Shown: one piece after another, positions 60,211 to 64,000 of the stretch
Numbering within the stretch: the first letter of the stretch is position 1
How the letters are laid out: each line of letters opens with the position of its first letter
DNA from: an uncultured Fibrobacterota bacterium
GTDB lineage: Bacteria > Fibrobacterota > Chitinivibrionia > Chitinivibrionales > FEN-1185
Direction: 5' to 3'
Length of the DNA: 64,000 nt
Assembly (NCBI GenBank): GCA_963729895.1
Contig: CAVSQB010000005.1
Location: 288,001-352,000, forward strand
Made by a program: the position numbers and the translations under genes
The notes under the pieces: model-generated
Database searches by the model: none
What the model was told of the DNA's origin: nothing
Seen by the model: the letters and a program-made list of their open reading frames with translations, nothing else

Positions 60211-60843
60211 ATGAAGAAAAATGTAATCCTCATAGATTATGAGAATGTCCAGAAACACAATCTGAGGCCGCTGCTTAATCATGACATCCTGATAAAGGTT
60301 TTCTATGGTGAAAACCAGAAGTTCACGAGCGAATTCACCAGGCTTGCCTTGGAATTCGGCAAGGAGAAATTCGAGCTGATAGGAATAAAGGGCCAGGGAA
60401 AGAACGCTGCGGATTTCCACATCGCGTACTACATCGGCAAGCTTTCAAAAGAGATTCCGAATTCGCTCTTCAATATTATTTCCAGAGACACGGGGTTCAA
60501 GGTGCTTGCGGATTTCCTGAATCAAGTACAGGGCATATCCTGCATGGTAGTGCCGTCCATCGCAGACATACCGTCATTGAAATCCGTTGCGCCCGGCGCC
60601 AAACCGGTTGCGCCCGCGGCCGGGCCCGTTGCGGCTAAGGCGGGCGAGGACTGGTATGCACTGGTCAAGGGAAAATTGACCAATGCAAGAGGCCATAAGC
60701 CAAAGAACAAGAAAACGCTGCGGAACCAGATAATCAGCATTTGCAAAAGAAAGATAAACGAGAGAGATGCGGATGTGATTATACAGAAGCTGGTTGATAA
60801 TAGGGTGATTGAATGCAGGAATGAGGAGATACTGTATGGATAG
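60211..60843 (+). CDS. PIN-like domain protein
   Basis: ILIDYENV, GKNAADFHIAYYIG, IISRDTGF acidic motifs; C-terminal KP....L winged-helix-like tail. Confidence 0.8.
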   Translation: MKKNVILIDYENVQKHNLRPLLNHDILIKVFYGENQKFTSEFTRLALEFGKEKFELIGIKGQGKNAADFHIAYYIGKLSKEIPNSLFNIISRDTGFKVLADFLNQVQGISCMVVPSIADIPSLKSVAPGAKPVAPAAGPVAAKAGEDWYALVKGKLTNARGHKPKNKKTLRNQIISICKRKINERDADVIIQKLVDNRVIECRNEEILYG

Positions 60844-61904
60844 GATGCAAAAGGCGGCGGGGATGTGATATGTCGAATGCAAATCCAAGAGTTGGAAGGG
60901 CCTGGTCGGCCCTTAGCAGGGTGTTGAAAAAGTCTCCCTTTTGTAAACATTTATCCTTATATTATAGGGGAACCCGAACCAAGGAGTATTGATGAGAGGT
61001 TCCCAGCCAGCCCAAGGCGGTATGTTCAGCTTCGTTTCTCCGGATTCCCGAGTGCCGGCAACGCACCCGCTTCGTCGTGTCAAACAGTTTACGGACATAG
61101 CGCTGCGCCGCCTTTCTCGTGACTTTGAGGCGATGTACAGCCGGATGGGACGCCCTTCGATACCGCCGGAATGGCTTTTGAAAGCACAGATATTGATGGC
61201 TTTGTTTTCGATACGGTCGGACCGGTTGTTTTGCGAGATGCTGGACTATAACATTCTGTTCCGATGGTTTCTTGACATGGATCTGGATGCGGCATCGTTT
61301 GATCATAGTGTGTTTTCGAAGAACCGAGATCGACTTATGGAACAGGAGATTGCGCACCGGCTGATGCAGGAAATCGTGCGTCTTGCTCGTTCCGAAGAGT
61401 TGTTGTCCGATGAGCATTTCACGGTTGACGGCACGTTGATTGAAGCCTGGGCATCGATGAAGAGCTTCAAGCGAAAAGACGCGGAATCGGCGAACAAGAC
61501 TGACGATGATCGGAGTAATCCGTCGGTTGATTTCCACCATGAGAAGCGAAGCAATGAGACACATCAGAGTTCGACCGATCCAGAGGCGCGGTTGGCTCGG
61601 AAGAACAAGAGAACGGGAGCGCAGCTGGCGTATTCCGGTCACGTGCTGATGGAAAACCGAAATGGGTTGTGTGTTGATATCGCCATTGCGCCAGCGACGG
61701 GGACAGCGGAACGGGATATGGCGCTTGAGCTGATAAAGCATGAACGCAGGCGCGGAAAACGCCGGATGAAGACGGTGGGTGCAGACAAAGGGTATCATGC
61801 AACCGAATTTATCAAGAGCCTGCGACGCCTGCACGTGAAGCCTCACATTGCCGAGAAGGCCAACACTTCGCTTAAAGGGTTGGATGGAAGAACGACTCGG
61901 CATA

Positions 61905-63200
61905 AGGGGACCTCTAAAAATTGCCTAATTTGCCCAATTAATGCTTGACAAAGGCTATTTCGTCAATTATTTTAATTCCAGACAACAAACCTGCGAACCC
62001 ACTACCGTCTGGAGGATATTGCGATGGGACAGATAGGCCTTTTTGACCTTGAGAATCGCCTTTCCGAGCTTTCCGAAATGGGAGACCCTCTTGAAACCAT
62101 CAATCGGGCCATACGTTGGAAGAGTTTTCGTCCTGTTATTGACAAGGCTTTTCGCAAGGAACGGAAGAGCAACGCCGGTCGTCCACCGTACGATTATATC
62201 CTGATGTTCAAGATTCTCGTGTTGCAGACGATGTATGGGCTTTCCGATGCGCAAACCCAGTTTCAGATTCTGGACCGATTGACGTTCAAACGGTTTCTTG
62301 AACTCACTTCCGAGGATAGCATTCCCGACGAGAAAACGGTCTGGTTGTTTCGGGAAACGCTGACACAAGCAGGCGTTGTCAAGAAGCTGTTTGACCTGTT
62401 CGGTCGTCAGTTGAACGAAGCGGGTTACACTGCCCAGAAAGGCCAAATAATAGATGCGAGTTTTGTCGAGGTACCTCGCCAGAGAAACACGCGGGAGGAG
62501 AATAAAGAAATCAAGAACGGGGGCACGCCGCAGGAATGGGAAAAGCACCCTGAGAAACTTCGTCAGAAAGATGTTGATGCGCGATGGACGAAGAAGAACG
62601 ATCAGACGTTTTTTGGCTACAAGAACCATGCGTCGGTAGACGCGAAGCATAAAATCATTCGAGACTATGCGGCGACATCCGCAGAAGTGCACGACTCCAA
62701 TATGCTTGAACCTCTCCTTAATCCTGAGAACACGAACGCGGACGTGTTTGCCGACAGCGCGTATCATTCGGAAAAGGCGGAACAAAGGCTTGATTATCTC
62801 TGGTACAGAAGCAAAATATGTGTCAAAGGGACTCGTGGCGCACCATTGACGGAAGCACAATTGGCACAGAACCGGAAGAAATCCAAAGTCAGATCGCGTA
62901 TAGAACATGTGTTTGCTCAAATAGAAATCATGTTTCGTGGCAGGATCAGGTGTATCGGGCGGCTGAGGGCCGCGGCGAAGATAGGACTCCTGAACCTGGT
63001 TTACAACATAAAACGCTTTGCATATCTTGAGTGCCACGCCTGAAAAGCGGGACAGGACCGCACAAGGCCCCCAAAGGGACCGAAAAAAGAACAGTTTTGG
63101 GCACCTATCAGACAAATAGACGCCCTGACATCGCGAAATAATACTATCTGTCAACATGATCTTGGAATCTACTATTTTACAGAATTTTTAGAGGTCCCCT
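61905..63200 (+). mobile_element. IS5-family element 'B', copy 2
   Basis: Same 1296 bp and TIRs as 27994-29289; duplication TA (or TAAG). Confidence 0.93.
62024..63043 (+). CDS. IS5-family transposase (element B, copy 2)
   Basis: Protein identical to 28113..29132. Confidence 0.95.
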   Translation: MGQIGLFDLENRLSELSEMGDPLETINRAIRWKSFRPVIDKAFRKERKSNAGRPPYDYILMFKILVLQTMYGLSDAQTQFQILDRLTFKRFLELTSEDSIPDEKTVWLFRETLTQAGVVKKLFDLFGRQLNEAGYTAQKGQIIDASFVEVPRQRNTREENKEIKNGGTPQEWEKHPEKLRQKDVDARWTKKNDQTFFGYKNHASVDAKHKIIRDYAATSAEVHDSNMLEPLLNPENTNADVFADSAYHSEKAEQRLDYLWYRSKICVKGTRGAPLTEAQLAQNRKKSKVRSRIEHVFAQIEIMFRGRIRCIGRLRAAAKIGLLNLVYNIKRFAYLECHA

Positions 63201-63615
63201 TAAGGGATACAGCGTAAGTCAAAGGAAACGAAAACGGGTTGAAGAGATATTTGGGTGGATCAAGAGCGTCGGTGGCCTGCGGAAAACTCGGGTAAGAGGA
63301 ATACGAATCAACCAGACTGTTGCCTACGTGGTTGCCGCAGCGTACAACTTGATACGCATGGTTAAGTTGATGCCGCAAACGGTGGGGGCAGCATGAGAAT
63401 GGCCTGGGAATCCGGGGAAATGCCTCGGAACGAGGCAGGTAAAACCTCTCTGACATATGTAAAGTTGAAGTTAGGTTCATAAAAAATCAACAAGAGCGCT
63501 TCTGTTAGGACTATTTCAACAACCTGTTAGACCCGCTAAGGAGCCGCGAGGTGTGGCTGGACGGAAGAGAGTATATATCTAAAAACTTCGTCAATGTATT
63601 TGGTCTTGGACTTTG

Positions 63616-63993
63616 TCAACCTGGAGTTTCTACGGTGCGCGCAACAGTATCTAAATACGAATGAAATGCCTCTGGATAGCAGTGCCGGGTGACCCCAAGG
63701 TAAGTTTATTTGCTAGAATCGAATTTCTGGATACAAGTCAAATGCATCTGGATGGCTGAGCCGGGTGACCCCAAAGTGGAATTAGCTGCCAGAATCCAAT
63801 CTTATGCTGTGGGGCACCCTCGAAGTGGAGTTGTTAAGGCCAAGTGGAAGGTCCTTTGTTGGTATGTGGGAAATCATGGGTGGGCGCGAGATTTACGGTT
63901 GAGAAGTTGATAGCCGGGTGCTCCTCGGGTGCGCGCAACGGTGGGCTCGGGCTTGCCACTGAAGGTACCTCGCCGCACCCGCTCAGCAAACCC
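63616..63993 (-). repeat. Modular repeat cluster 15 (half M1, R - M3 - R - M2 - M1, reverse)
   Basis: GGATAGCAGTGCCGGGTGACCCC; 63746-63992 closely matches 59819-60065. Confidence 0.9.
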
Positions 63994-64000
63994 GAATATT

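Larger units (their letters stand above)
60989..63396 (+). pseudogene. IS5 'A' transposase split by element B
   Basis: Frame breaks after RTTRHK at ~61905 and resumes as GYSVSQRKRKRVEE after 63200. Confidence 0.92.
60917..63526 (+). mobile_element. IS5-family element 'A', copy 3, interrupted by element B
   Basis: Same TIRs; TTAG duplication at 60913-60916 and 63527-63530. Confidence 0.93.

Overview
64 kb of a GC-rich bacterial chromosome, probably Fibrobacterota (Chitinivibrionales/Chitinispirillia-like). That assignment is inferred from a TIGR02147-type gene and several secreted proteins with 'D(L/V)xGRLV' sorting-type domains. The core block (cca, rimP-nusA-infB-rbfA-nrnA-truB-ribF-rpsO-pnp, dut; 30.0-42.7 kb) is flanked by accessory DNA. 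This encodes bioB, a TonB-dependent receptor, an alternative sigma-70 factor, lipoproteins, three tandem GH-A-like secreted paralogues behind a TIGR02147/lipoprotein pair, a GH116-like multidomain enzyme, a beta-helix protein, two hybrid kinases, an HD-GYP regulator and a PIN protein. Seven IS copies are present: three of one IS5-family element, two of a second IS5-family element (both nested in other transposase genes), one IS200-type and one IS1182-type. The most striking signal is non-coding. About 15 intergenic clusters (~4.4 kb by my boundaries) belong to a modular repeat family built from a ~15-bp core GGATNGCWGWGCCGG, arranged as inward-facing left and right units around interchangeable modules. 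One module has a fixed 54-nt span closed by a 7-bp stem whose outer pairs co-vary between copies (CG/CG, GT/AC, GG/CC), which argues for a selected RNA or ssDNA structure. All product calls come from motif recognition by eye; no database search was run.
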